A DNA stretch of 32,000 nt, from the NCBI RefSeq assembly GCF_016127575.1, contig NZ_CP066018.1, positions 1,740,001 through 1,772,000 on the forward strand, written 5' to 3'. Positions 8,101 through 17,543 of this stretch are shown here, piece by piece. The notes below the pieces were generated by a model, which saw only the letters and a program-made list of their open reading frames with translations, searched no databases and was not told the DNA's origin. Every line of letters begins with the position of its first letter. Within the stretch, counting starts at the first letter, position 1. A program made the position numbers and the translations under genes. The DNA is from Cupriavidus necator. Lineage in GTDB: Bacteria > Pseudomonadota > Gammaproteobacteria > Burkholderiales > Burkholderiaceae.

Positions 8101-9318
8101 TTACCGCACCAGCTGGTTGATCTCGATGATCGGCATCAGCACCGCCAGCACGATCAGCAGCACCACCACGCCCATGGTCAGGATCAGCAGCGGCTCCAGC
8201 AGGCTGGTCAGGAACAGCGTGCGGCGTTCCAGTTCCTGCGCCTCGCCCTGCGCGGCGCGGTCCAGCATCACCGGCAGATTGCCGGTGGCCTCGCCGGAGC
8301 GGATCAGGTGCACCAGCACTGGCGGGAACTGGTTCTGCGCCGCCAGCGCGCGCGCCAGCGAGGCGCCTTCGCGCACGCGCGTGTTGGCGTCTTCCACGTT
8401 GGCGCGCAGCGCCTCGTTGGTCAGCGTCTCGCCCGCCGCCTGCAGGCTGCGCAGGATCGGCACGCCGGCCGACACCAGGATCGCCAGCGTGCCGGCGAAC
8501 CGCGCGGTGTTGTAGCCGCGGATCAGCTTGCCCAGCAGCGGCGCGGTCAGCAGCCAGCGGTGCCATTCCAGCCGCACCGCGGGCTGCTTCAGCACGCTGC
8601 GGATTGTGAACGCTGCCGCCGCCAGCACCGCCAGCGCTGCCCACCACCAGTTCCGGACGAAGTCCGACAGCGCCAGCATGATGATGGTCAGCATCGGCAG
8701 CTTCTGCTTGGTATTGGCGAACACGCTCACCACCTGCGGCACCACGTACGACAGCAGGAAGATCACGATGGCGAATGCCACCACCGTGACGATGGCGGGG
8801 TAGGTGAAGGCCAGCCGGATCTTGGAGGTCAGGGTGTTGCGCGACTCGATATAGCCCGCCAGCCGCTCCAGCACCAGTCCCAGGTGGCCGGAGTGCTCGC
8901 CGGCCGAGACCAGCGCACGGTAGATGTCGGGGAAGTCGCGCGGATGCTGGGCCAGCGCCACCGACAGCGAGCTGCCGCCCATCACCTCGGCGCGGATGCC
9001 GGCCAGCAGCTCGTGCACATAGGCGCGCTCGGCCTGGTCGGCCAGTGCCCCCAGCGCCTCGTCCAGCGGCAGCCCGGCCACGATCAGGCTGGCCAGCTGG
9101 CGCGTGAACAGCGCCTGTTCCTGCGTCGACAGCTTGCGCGCAAACAGCTGGCTGCCGCTGCGCGGCGCCAGGCCGGCACCGGCGAGCGGGTCGACGGTCA
9201 GCGGTGTCAGCCCGCGCGCGCGCAGCTGCGAACGCGCCTGGCGCGGGCTGTCGGCCTCGATCACGCCGCGGTCGGTCTTGCCGGCGGCGTCGGCGGCTTC
9301 ATAGCGGAAGGCTGGCAT
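8101..9318 (-). CDS. gspF: Type II secretion system inner-membrane platform protein GspF
   Basis: 405 aa. The N-terminus MPAFRYEAADAAGKTDRGVIEADSPRQARSQLRARGLTPLTV is typical of GspF. It has the duplicated T2SSF domain architecture with three hydrophobic segments, and it is the last gene of the gsp operon. Confidence 0.9.
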   Translation of the reverse strand: MPAFRYEAADAAGKTDRGVIEADSPRQARSQLRARGLTPLTVDPLAGAGLAPRSGSQLFARKLSTQEQALFTRQLASLIVAGLPLDEALGALADQAERAYVHELLAGIRAEVMGGSSLSVALAQHPRDFPDIYRALVSAGEHSGHLGLVLERLAGYIESRNTLTSKIRLAFTYPAIVTVVAFAIVIFLLSYVVPQVVSVFANTKQKLPMLTIIMLALSDFVRNWWWAALAVLAAAAFTIRSVLKQPAVRLEWHRWLLTAPLLGKLIRGYNTARFAGTLAILVSAGVPILRSLQAAGETLTNEALRANVEDANTRVREGASLARALAAQNQFPPVLVHLIRSGEATGNLPVMLDRAAQGEAQELERRTLFLTSLLEPLLILTMGVVVLLIVLAVLMPIIEINQLVR

Positions 9319-9333
9319 CCGGGCGGCTCCGCT

Positions 9334-10887
9334 TTAGTCGCGCGTCACGCGCAGCACTTCCTCAAGCGAGGTCGCGCCGCTGTCGATCCAGCGCTGCGCG
9401 TCGCCGCGCATGGTGTGCATGCCGTGCGCCAGCGCCACCTGCTTGATCTCGGACTCCGGCGCCTGCCGGTGGATCATGGTGCGGATCTCGTCACCGACGG
9501 TCAGCAGCTCATAGACGCCCATGCGCCCCTGGTACCCGGACTGGCCGCACTTGTCGCAGCCCACCGGGTGCCACACGGTCTGCAGCGGCTTGCCCTGCGC
9601 GTGCAGCACCTCGGCCTCGGCGGCAGTGACCTCGATCACTTCCTCGCGCTTGCAGTGCTGGCACAGGCGGCGTACCAGCCGCTGCGCCAGCACGCCCAGC
9701 AGCGACGACGACAGCAGGAACGGCTCGATCCCCATGTCGACCAGCCGCGTCACCGCCGAGGCCGAGTCGTTGGTGTGCAGCGTGGCCAGCACCAGGTGGC
9801 CGGTCAGCGAGGCCTGCACCGCGATCTGCGCGGTTTCCAGGTCGCGGATTTCGCCGATCATGACCACGTCCGGGTCCTGGCGCAGGATCGCGCGCAGAGC
9901 CTTGCCGAAGGTCATGTCGATGCGCGCGTTGACCTGGGTCTGGCCGATGCCGTCCAGGTCGTACTCGATCGGGTCTTCGACCGTCATGATGTTGGTGGTG
10001 CGCGCATCCAGCCGCGACAGCGCCGCATACAGCGTGGTGGTCTTGCCCGAGCCGGTCGGCCCGGTCACCAGCACGATGCCGTGCGGCTGGCGGATCAGGT
10101 GGTCGAAGCCGCGCAGCGTGCCGGGCGCCATGCCCAGCTTGGCCAGGTCGAGCCGGCCTGCTTCCTTGTCCAGCAGGCGCAGCACCGCGCGCTCGCCATG
10201 GCCGGTGGGCAGGGTCGAGACCCGCACGTCGACCGGGCGCCCGCCCACGCGCAGCGTGATGCGGCCGTCCTGCGGCAGGCGTTTCTCGGCGATGTCGAGC
10301 TGCGCCATGATCTTGATGCGCGAGATCAGCGCGCCGTGCAGCGCCTTTTTCGGCCGCACCACGTCGCGCAGCGTGCCGTCGACGCGGAAGCGCACCACCG
10401 ACGACGACTCGAACGGCTCGATATGGATATCCGAGGCGCCTTCGCGCGCGGCCTGTGTCAGCAGCGCATTGATCATGCGGATGATCGGCGCGTCGTCCTC
10501 GGATTCAAGCAGGTCCTCCACCGCCGGGATGTCCTGCATCAGGCGCGACAGGTCGACTTCGCCTTCGACCTCGCCCACCACCTGCGCGGCGCTGCCGGCG
10601 TCCTGGCGGTTGTAGGCATCGGCCATGGCGCGCTCCAGCGCGTCGGGCTCCAGCACGCGCAGGCGCAGCGCGCCATGCACGCGCGCGACCTCGGCCAGCG
10701 CGGTCGGAGAGGTGGCGCGGGTCACCCAGACTTCCAGTCCGTCAGGGCGCTGGTGCGCGACCAGCAGCGGCGCCTCGCGCGCAAAGCCGTACGAGACCAG
10801 CCGCGCCGCCATCGGCGAGGGCGGCTCCAGGGTCTCGGCCGGCGCGCTGGTGCCGGCGGGCAGGGCAGTTTGGACTTCGCTGGCCAT
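9334..10887 (-). CDS. gspE: Type II secretion ATPase GspE
   Basis: Walker A GPTGSGKTTT, Walker B/Asp box DPDVVMIGEIRD, His box LVLATLHTND, and tetracysteine Zn motif CQHC...CDKC. 517 aa. Confidence 0.92.
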   Translation of the reverse strand: MASEVQTALPAGTSAPAETLEPPSPMAARLVSYGFAREAPLLVAHQRPDGLEVWVTRATSPTALAEVARVHGALRLRVLEPDALERAMADAYNRQDAGSAAQVVGEVEGEVDLSRLMQDIPAVEDLLESEDDAPIIRMINALLTQAAREGASDIHIEPFESSSVVRFRVDGTLRDVVRPKKALHGALISRIKIMAQLDIAEKRLPQDGRITLRVGGRPVDVRVSTLPTGHGERAVLRLLDKEAGRLDLAKLGMAPGTLRGFDHLIRQPHGIVLVTGPTGSGKTTTLYAALSRLDARTTNIMTVEDPIEYDLDGIGQTQVNARIDMTFGKALRAILRQDPDVVMIGEIRDLETAQIAVQASLTGHLVLATLHTNDSASAVTRLVDMGIEPFLLSSSLLGVLAQRLVRRLCQHCKREEVIEVTAAEAEVLHAQGKPLQTVWHPVGCDKCGQSGYQGRMGVYELLTVGDEIRTMIHRQAPESEIKQVALAHGMHTMRGDAQRWIDSGATSLEEVLRVTRD

Positions 10888-10895
10888 GTCGGGGC

Positions 10896-13340
10896 TTAGT
10901 TCTGGAGCGCAGACTCGCCGCGCGGGTTCAGCGGCTGGGATGCGTTCGCCGGTGGTTGCGGCAGCTGCTGCGGTGCCGGCTGCATGGGCTGTGGCTGGCC
11001 CGGCACGCCGGGCTGCGGGGCATTCTGCGGAAGGGTCTGCTGCAGCGGCAGCGGGGCGGCAAGCGGACCGTTTGCACGCGGATCGACGAACGGCGTGGAC
11101 GGGGCGTCGGCCGGCGGCAGCAACGGCGTGTTGGTATCACGCACCATGATGTTAGGCGAAACAAAGCCCTGCTGCTGCGCGCGCATATAGTCGTAGCGGT
11201 CCTGCGTCAGGCGGTCGGCGGCGCCGGCCGTGCGCATCACATAGGGGCGCAGGAACACCAGCAGGTTGGTCTTGGCGCGGTTCTTGTTCTCGTAGCGGAA
11301 CAGGCCGCCGATCCATGGGATGTCGCCCAGCAGCGGCACCTTCTGCACGCCGTCGCCGTACGAGTCCTCGATCAGGCCGCCCAGCACGATGATCTGGCCG
11401 TCGTCGACCAGCACATTGGTCTCGATCGAGCGCACATTGGTGGTCGGGCCCTGGATCAGGTTGGCGGTTGCCTGCACCACGTTCGACGACTCCTGGAAGA
11501 TCTGCATCTTCACCAGCCCGCCGTCGGTGATCTGCGGCTTCACCCGCAGCGTGATGCCCACGTCCTTGCGGTCGAAGGTCTGGAACGGCGTGACCGAGGC
11601 CGCGCCGCCGGTCTGGGCATAGGAGCCGGTGGTGATCGGGATGTTCTGGCCGATCAGGATCTTGGCTTCCTCGTTCTCCAGCGTGATCAGGTTCGGCGTG
11701 GACAGCAGGTTGACGCTGCCGTTGGAACCCAGCGCGCGCAACAGCGCGCCCAGCCCCATGGCCTTGTTGACGATGCCCAGGTTGAGGCCGCCGATGTCTT
11801 GCACCAGCCCCTGCGCCGCGGCGATGCCGGCGGTGCGGTTGCTGTCGGCCAGCGCCCCGGCCAGGGTCAGGTTCAGGATGTTCTGTCCGCCGGTGCCGAA
11901 GTTGGTGCCGGCAAAGACGTTGTTGTTGCCGCCCGGCGAGCTGATCAGGCCCTGCCACTGGATGCCAAGCTCGCTGGCCTGCGTGGAGGTCACCTCGACG
12001 ATCATCGATTCGATGTAGACCTGCGCGCGGCGCGCGTCGAGGTCGTCGATGACGCCGCGCAGGTTGCGGTAGACCGGTTCGCTGGCGGTGATGATGAGCG
12101 AGTTGGTGGACGGGTCGGCCTGGATGATGCCGCCGGTGGTCGGCTGGGTGCTGGTGCCGAACGACGCGGCGAAGGCCGAGTTGCCATAGGCGCCGCCCGT
12201 GCCTCCGGACGCGCCGGTGCCGCCGCGCATGCCGGCCTGGGTGCCGGTGGCGCCGCCGGTGAACTGCCCGCCGGCAGGCGTCGAGACATTGGTCATGCCC
12301 GCCGCGCCGCCGATGCCGCCGGCCTGCCCGCCGGGCTGGGTGGCGCTGGCGAAGCTGCTGTCGGCGGCGACGATGGCGCGCAGCGTGGCCGCCAGCTTGA
12401 CCGCATCGGCGTTCTTCAGCGGCACTACCCAGATATTGCCCGGGCGTGCATAGGGCTGGTCGAGCTTCTCGATCAGGTGGCGCGCCTGCTGCAGGCGCGC
12501 GCGGCTGGTGGCGCGGATCATCAGCGAATTGCTGCGCGGCTCCGCCACCACCGAGGTGCGCAGGCTGGCATCGGCTCCCGGTGCGCCGCCGCCGGCGGCG
12601 CCCGCGGCGGCGGGGTCGAGCAGCTTCTGCAGCACCGCCGCGGTATCGCTGGCCAGCGCGTGCTTGAGCGGCACCAGCTCGACCTCGCCCGAGGCCGGCG
12701 CATCGACCGCGGCGATGATGCGCGCCAGCCGGCGCAGGTTGTCGGCGTAGTCGGTGATGACCAGCGTGTTGTTGGCCGGGTAGGCGGTGATGGTGTTGTT
12801 GGGCGCGATCATCGGCCGCAGCACCGGCACCAGGTTGTTGGCCGATTCATAGTTCAGCCGGAATACCTGCGTCACCACCTGGTCGCCGCGGCTGGGGCTG
12901 GCGCCGATCACGGTGGGCGAGCCCTGCAGCTTGGCGTCGGCCTCGGGCACGACCTTGGTGAAGCCGTTGCTCTCGACCATGGCATAGCCCTGCATGCGCA
13001 GCACCGAACCCAGCGTCTGCAGCGCCTGCGCGCGCGAGACCGGCTGCTCGGTGACCAGGTTGACCGTGCCCTTCACGCGCGGGTCGATCACGAAGTTCTT
13101 GCCGGTGGCCTGGCCGACCGCCTTGATCACCGAATCCAGGTCGGCGTTGACGAAGTTCAGCACTACCTGGTCGCGGTTGGACGGCGTGATGTCGGGTGGC
13201 GCGGGCGGGGTGCCGGTGCGCGCGCCGGACTGGGCCCACAGCGGCGCGGGCGCCAGCAGCGAGAGCCCGCACAGCAGGGCCACGGCGCGGGCGCAGGCGG
13301 TATGGAAAACAGGTCGGATGGCGTGGGTTTTCATAGTCAT
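10896..13340 (-). CDS. gspD: Type II secretion outer-membrane secretin GspD
   Basis: 814 aa with a signal peptide (ALLCGLSLLAPAPLWAQS), an N0 motif LNFVNADLDSVIKAVGQATGKNFVIDPRVKG, and secretin-domain motifs LLSTPNLITLENEEAKILIGQNIP and VLGGLI...VPLLGDIPWIGGLF. An AGGAG SD lies upstream of the ATG at 13340. Confidence 0.9.
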   Translation of the reverse strand: MTMKTHAIRPVFHTACARAVALLCGLSLLAPAPLWAQSGARTGTPPAPPDITPSNRDQVVLNFVNADLDSVIKAVGQATGKNFVIDPRVKGTVNLVTEQPVSRAQALQTLGSVLRMQGYAMVESNGFTKVVPEADAKLQGSPTVIGASPSRGDQVVTQVFRLNYESANNLVPVLRPMIAPNNTITAYPANNTLVITDYADNLRRLARIIAAVDAPASGEVELVPLKHALASDTAAVLQKLLDPAAAGAAGGGAPGADASLRTSVVAEPRSNSLMIRATSRARLQQARHLIEKLDQPYARPGNIWVVPLKNADAVKLAATLRAIVAADSSFASATQPGGQAGGIGGAAGMTNVSTPAGGQFTGGATGTQAGMRGGTGASGGTGGAYGNSAFAASFGTSTQPTTGGIIQADPSTNSLIITASEPVYRNLRGVIDDLDARRAQVYIESMIVEVTSTQASELGIQWQGLISSPGGNNNVFAGTNFGTGGQNILNLTLAGALADSNRTAGIAAAQGLVQDIGGLNLGIVNKAMGLGALLRALGSNGSVNLLSTPNLITLENEEAKILIGQNIPITTGSYAQTGGAASVTPFQTFDRKDVGITLRVKPQITDGGLVKMQIFQESSNVVQATANLIQGPTTNVRSIETNVLVDDGQIIVLGGLIEDSYGDGVQKVPLLGDIPWIGGLFRYENKNRAKTNLLVFLRPYVMRTAGAADRLTQDRYDYMRAQQQGFVSPNIMVRDTNTPLLPPADAPSTPFVDPRANGPLAAPLPLQQTLPQNAPQPGVPGQPQPMQPAPQQLPQPPANASQPLNPRGESALQN

Positions 13341-13368
13341 TTCCGGGCGCTCCTGGATTGGCCTGGCA

Positions 13369-14178
13369 TCAGAAGCGCAGCCTTGTCACATGGTTGTCTC
13401 GTCGTCCCAGCAGGCTCAGCAGGCTGGTCAGTTGGGTTGCCGCTTCGGGCTCGGCGTGCGCGGTGCCCTCGAAGCGCGCCTGCCGCCCCAGCGTGCCGCT
13501 GCCCTCCAGGTGCAGCGGCCCGGCGATGGTGCTCAGCTGCAGCTTGCCGCCGCCCTCGCCGGTCCAGTCGAGCTCGGCGCGGTAGCTGCCCAGCGGGCGC
13601 AGCCGGCTCACGGCCGACGACACCTGTTCGATGCGCAGCGTCATATGGCCGCTCATGCCCTGACCCGAAAAGCGGCCCTGCAGCGTGGACCAGTCCACGC
13701 GCATCAGGCCGTCCGGGCGCAGCGTATTGAACGGCGCGCCGATGCCTTCGAGCAGCGCCGCGGGCAGCCGCATGGCGCCTGCCTGTGCGCTCCAGCCGCC
13801 GGGTGTCACGGTGATGGCGACCGGCGCGGCCATGGCCTCGGAGTGGCTCACCACCAGGCGCGCGCTGCCGCCCAGCAGCGGCCAGAACGCCAGCGTCCAT
13901 TGCAGTCGGCCCGGCAGCACGGTCGCGGTCTGGCTGCCGGCGCCGGCCGACAGCGCCAGCGTGGCGCTGCCATGCCAGAGCGAGCCGCTGGCATCGGCCA
14001 GCAGTACCCGTCCCTGCGTCTGCGTGGCCACGCGCGCGGCGATCCATGCCGCCGGCAGCATCGCCACCACGGTCACCGCGGCGCTCGCCAGGCCAAGCCC
14101 CAGCCAGCGCAGGCGCCGCCCTGCGGCCGGCTGGCGCAGCTTGCGGCGCGGCAGGCGCAGCGTTTCCAGCCGTACCAT
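13369..14178 (-). CDS. gspN: Type II secretion protein GspN
   Basis: The C-terminal 269 aa of track ORF 13369..15294 start MVRLETLRLPRRK, followed by one TM helix (LGLGLASAAVTVVAMLPAAWIAA). The ATG (complement 14176-14178) overlaps the gspM stop in an ATGA coupling. The position after gspM matches canonical gsp order. Sequence recognition itself is weak. Confidence 0.6.
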   Translation of the reverse strand: MVRLETLRLPRRKLRQPAAGRRLRWLGLGLASAAVTVVAMLPAAWIAARVATQTQGRVLLADASGSLWHGSATLALSAGAGSQTATVLPGRLQWTLAFWPLLGGSARLVVSHSEAMAAPVAITVTPGGWSAQAGAMRLPAALLEGIGAPFNTLRPDGLMRVDWSTLQGRFSGQGMSGHMTLRIEQVSSAVSRLRPLGSYRAELDWTGEGGGKLQLSTIAGPLHLEGSGTLGRQARFEGTAHAEPEAATQLTSLLSLLGRRDNHVTRLRF

Positions 14179-14786
14179 CAGCTGCGGCCGCCCGGACCCT
14201 GCAGGGTCGCGCTGACGTTCACCAGCGCCGTGGCGCCGACATAGACGATACGGGCGTCGATCACCTTCATGCGCTGCTGCTGGCGCACGTCCTGCAGCCA
14301 GCCGCTGACCGCGCCGAACGGCACCTTGTCCAGCTGCACCTGCACGCTGTTGTCGGCGCCGGCGGCCAGCCGGGTCGCCTTCAGGCCGTGCTGGCCCAGG
14401 CTGTCCTGCAGCGCCTGCGTGAGCGCGTCGCCGCGCAGCGCCGGCGCCGGCGTGGCCTTCAGGCCGCGGGCTTCCTGCGCCAGGGATTCCATTTCGGCCA
14501 GGTCGGCGCGCAGCTTGGGCAGGTTGCGCGCCAGGCGCTCGCGGCCGTCGGCGGCCGGTTCCCACAGCACCAGGTAGCCGATCACCAGCGCCAGCAGGGC
14601 GCCGCCGCCGGCCAGGATGGCCTGTTCGCGCGGGTTGCGCGCCGACCAGAAGGCGTTGAAGCGCTCCTGCCACGCCTGCGGCACGGACGGGCGCAGCCGC
14701 GCCAGGCGCGTGCGCAGCGCAGAGGTCGCGCCTGGCCGGCTGGTGCGTGGCGTCTGGCTTCGGGCTGTGTCTTTCATCGGATTCAT
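14178..14786 (-). CDS. gspM: Type II secretion protein GspM
   Basis: 202 aa with a single N-terminal TM helix (AILAGGGALLALVIGYLVLW) followed by LPKLRADLAEMESLAQEA. The size and the position between gspL and gspN fit GspM. Confidence 0.7.
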   Translation of the reverse strand: MNPMKDTARSQTPRTSRPGATSALRTRLARLRPSVPQAWQERFNAFWSARNPREQAILAGGGALLALVIGYLVLWEPAADGRERLARNLPKLRADLAEMESLAQEARGLKATPAPALRGDALTQALQDSLGQHGLKATRLAAGADNSVQVQLDKVPFGAVSGWLQDVRQQQRMKVIDARIVYVGATALVNVSATLQGPGGRS

Positions 14787-14804
14787 GCTTGCTGGTGGGC
14801 CCGC

Positions 14805-16232
14805 TTACAGGCCGGGCCTGACGGTCCAGCGCGAGCCGGGCGTCACCGGGGTGCCTGCGCTGCTGCTGGTACTGCCAGCGGCACCTCCGGCCTTGTCTTC
14901 TTCCATCTGCAGCCCGGCCTGGCGCGCGGCGCTGCGCAGTCCGGCCGTGTCCGTGCCCGGCTTGAGCGTCACCACCAGCATGCGGCCGCGGTACTCCAGC
15001 GCCTGCAGCGCGTCGGGCGGCAGCCTGCGCGCGGCCTGGGCAAAGCGGTCGGCCAGCGGCAGGAAGTCTTCCGGCGTGCTGCGGCCGCTGGCGGTGCGCA
15101 GCTGCTCGACCTGCCGCCGCATCTGCAGCGGCGCGTCGAGCACGGTCTGGATCTGCGGGAAGGCGCCGCGCAGCGCCTGCAGCTGCGCGGCTTCCAGCCG
15201 CTGCTGCTCGCGCCGCAACAGCAGCCAGTGCGTGTTCATGCCAATGACCTGCACCAGCACGATGCCCGCCAGCAATGCCAGCGGCACGCGCCATGCCACC
15301 AGGTTCCAGCGGTCGGCCCGGCCCTGCGCGAATTCAAACTGCGCCAGGTCCAGCGCCGGCTCGCGCAGGCATTCCTGCGCGCCTTCGATCCACAGCTGCC
15401 AGCTGGCGCGGGCGGCCTGGCGCAGGTCGGGCACCGGCGCCGCGGCGGCAGCGTCGGCATCGGCATACCAGGTGCCGGCGGGTGCAAGCGCCTGCCACGC
15501 GGCCAGGGCATCGTCGCCCAGCAGCAACCCGTAGCCGGCGTGTGCGCCGGTGCGTACGGTCAGTTGCCACTGGCGCGCGGCGTCGGAGCCGGTGCCGGGC
15601 AGCTCGCCGCCTAACTCATCGCCCAACTCGCCGCTCCGGGCGAGGGCGCTGGCGGCGGCTTCGACCACCAGCGCGGCCGCCGGCGGCGGCGCGTCGGCGC
15701 TCGCCAGTGACGGCTCGGTGCCGGCTTCAGCGGCGGAAGCCAGCGGCACGCACAGCTGCGCGGCCAGCACATGGCGGCGCCGGTGGCGGTGCTCGGCAAA
15801 GGCGTCGAGCACGGCGCGCAGCCAGGCGCGGTCGGCCACCATCAGCAGCCGCTGGCGCGGTCCGCGCGCGGCGCTGCCGTCGAGGGCAGGGCCCACGCCG
15901 ATATGGCACGGCTGCGCCTCGGTCGCGAGCGCGTCCTCGACCAGGTTGGGCAGCGCCTGTTTCAAACGGGCGGGCGGCAGCGGCGGCACGCTGGCGGTGG
16001 TCAGCAGTACGTCGCTGGCGGCGAGGATCAGCACCAGGCGCTCGGCCGCGGGCAGGTCAGCGATGCGGGCGTGGCCTTCGCGCAACACTTCCGGCGTCGC
16101 ACGGGCCTGGCCACGCCGCGCCGTATCGGCCGTGGCAGTGCGCACCAGCGCGAACGGCAGGGTGCCGAACTGCCACGGTTGCGGCTGGTCATGCGGCCGG
16201 TGTGGCAGGCGGACGTACAGGGTGGTGCTCAA
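14805..16232 (-). CDS. gspL: Type II secretion protein GspL
   Basis: 475 aa. The N-terminus MSTTLYVRLP is typical of GspL. It has a central TM helix (LALLAGIVLVQVIGMNTHWLLL) and a C-terminal periplasmic domain. A TTG start is preceded by AAGGAAA, and an in-frame TGA 8 codons upstream rules out a longer ORF. Confidence 0.65.
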   Translation of the reverse strand: MSTTLYVRLPHRPHDQPQPWQFGTLPFALVRTATADTARRGQARATPEVLREGHARIADLPAAERLVLILAASDVLLTTASVPPLPPARLKQALPNLVEDALATEAQPCHIGVGPALDGSAARGPRQRLLMVADRAWLRAVLDAFAEHRHRRRHVLAAQLCVPLASAAEAGTEPSLASADAPPPAAALVVEAAASALARSGELGDELGGELPGTGSDAARQWQLTVRTGAHAGYGLLLGDDALAAWQALAPAGTWYADADAAAAAPVPDLRQAARASWQLWIEGAQECLREPALDLAQFEFAQGRADRWNLVAWRVPLALLAGIVLVQVIGMNTHWLLLRREQQRLEAAQLQALRGAFPQIQTVLDAPLQMRRQVEQLRTASGRSTPEDFLPLADRFAQAARRLPPDALQALEYRGRMLVVTLKPGTDTAGLRSAARQAGLQMEEDKAGGAAGSTSSSAGTPVTPGSRWTVRPGL

Positions 16233-16502
16233 GGTTTCCTTGCTTTGGCGTCAATGGAACGGCTCGGGCAGGCGCATGGCCGGTTGGGATGCGCCCTGGA
16301 TCGCCCCGGAGTCGGAAACATGCCGGGGTGCGGGGACGCCGGCGGGCGGCCAGGAAGGCCGGACGGCGGCGGGTAGGCTGGTGCCACGCTCGCGCCAGCG
16401 CCGCAGCATACCTTGCCTGTGTGACTAAACCGCGTCAATACCATTCTCCCCGGTTGCCCGCGCGTGCAAATTCGGCCTGTCGCCTGGCCTGGTGGGCGCC
16501 GC

Positions 16503-17543
16503 CTAGCGCAGGTCCGGCAGCCGGTCCGCATCCTGGATCCAGACCACGCGGGTGGTGTTGGCCGTACCCAGCGGCTCGCCGCGGAAGACCAGCGACACCT
16601 GCAGCCGGGTGGCGCGCTCGTGCCGCACCAGTCCATAGACCAGGAAGTAGTGCGTGCGCACGTCGAGCAGGTTGCCGAGGTTGGCGGCATCCGCCTGCGG
16701 TGCCACCGCGGCCAGCTGGGTCTGCAGGTTGCCCAGGTTGTTGAAGTGGGCGCGGTCGCGCTGGCGCACCAGTTCGCGCGCGCGCTCCAGCGGCAGCTTG
16801 TTGATGACCGCGGCCAGCACCTCGGCCTCGGCGGTGTTGGCGTTGACCGGCGTGCGCTCGGGCAGCACGGTGACAAAGGGCTCCAGCACCGCCACCATCT
16901 CCGGCGTGTAGCCGGGCAGCGCCATCAGCCCCTGCACGCTGTCCAGCGGGCGCGGCGCCGGCTGCCCGCTGGCATTGCCGCCCTGCGCGGCCTGCAGCAT
17001 GTAGCGCGCCGTGGTCTCGGCCAGCTCCGGGTTCAGGCCGACCGTCTGCAGCAGGCGGCGGTATGCGGCCAGCGCCGCCGGGTCGACCGAGGCCGCGCGG
17101 CCTGGCTGGCCGTCTGCGCCGCCAGTGGCGGTCCATATCACCAGGTTGGCCAGGTTCAGGCGCGCCTGCGCATCCAGGATGCGGCCCGACAGGAACGAGG
17201 TCTCGCCCGCGACGTCGGTGCGCAGTGCCGCGCCGAGGAAGTCCGACAGCCGTGTCTCGGCGATCGGCACCGCCCACGGCTCGCCCAGTTCGTCGACGTT
17301 GGTGCGGCGCTGGTCGTCGCGCAGGATCAGCCGCGCCCAGTCCACGGCGGCGCGCTCGATCCAGGTGGCCTGGGCCAGCAGCCGCTGGTTCTCGATGGCG
17401 CGGATCTGCACCTGCTGGCGCCACAGCATGCCGGACACCACCACCACGGCCAGCGTCACGATCAGCAGCGCGGTGACCACGGCCGCGCCGCGCGGGCGGC
17501 GGCGCAACTGCGCCAGGCGAGGCGGGCGGCTGGCTTGCCTCAT
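16503..17543 (-). CDS. gspK: Type II secretion minor pseudopilin GspK
   Basis: The C-terminal 346 aa of track ORF 16503..18032 read MRQASRPPRLAQLRRRPRGAAVVTALLIVTLAVVVVSGMLW...NVDELGEPWA... The ATG (complement 17541-17543) overlaps the gspJ stop (ATGA). As in GspK proteins, the conserved Glu+5 of other pseudopilins is absent. Confidence 0.75.
   Translation of the reverse strand: MRQASRPPRLAQLRRRPRGAAVVTALLIVTLAVVVVSGMLWRQQVQIRAIENQRLLAQATWIERAAVDWARLILRDDQRRTNVDELGEPWAVPIAETRLSDFLGAALRTDVAGETSFLSGRILDAQARLNLANLVIWTATGGADGQPGRAASVDPAALAAYRRLLQTVGLNPELAETTARYMLQAAQGGNASGQPAPRPLDSVQGLMALPGYTPEMVAVLEPFVTVLPERTPVNANTAEAEVLAAVINKLPLERARELVRQRDRAHFNNLGNLQTQLAAVAPQADAANLGNLLDVRTHYFLVYGLVRHERATRLQVSLVFRGEPLGTANTTRVVWIQDADRLPDLR

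Noticed and set aside
16372-16386. A sigma54-like TGGCAC on the minus strand in the gspK-gspL spacer (TGGCAC-CAGCC-TACC).
   Set aside because: The -12 element is TACC rather than TTGC; the conserved GC dinucleotide is missing.
16253-16414. A 53-codon minus-strand ORF (MLRRWRERGTSLPAAVRPSWPPAGVPAPRH...) inside the gspK-gspL spacer.
   Set aside because: The AAGG lies only 1-2 nt from the ATG, which is poor SD spacing. The composition is typical of GC noise, and there is no hydrophobic or pseudopilin-like motif. Coordinates are approximate.
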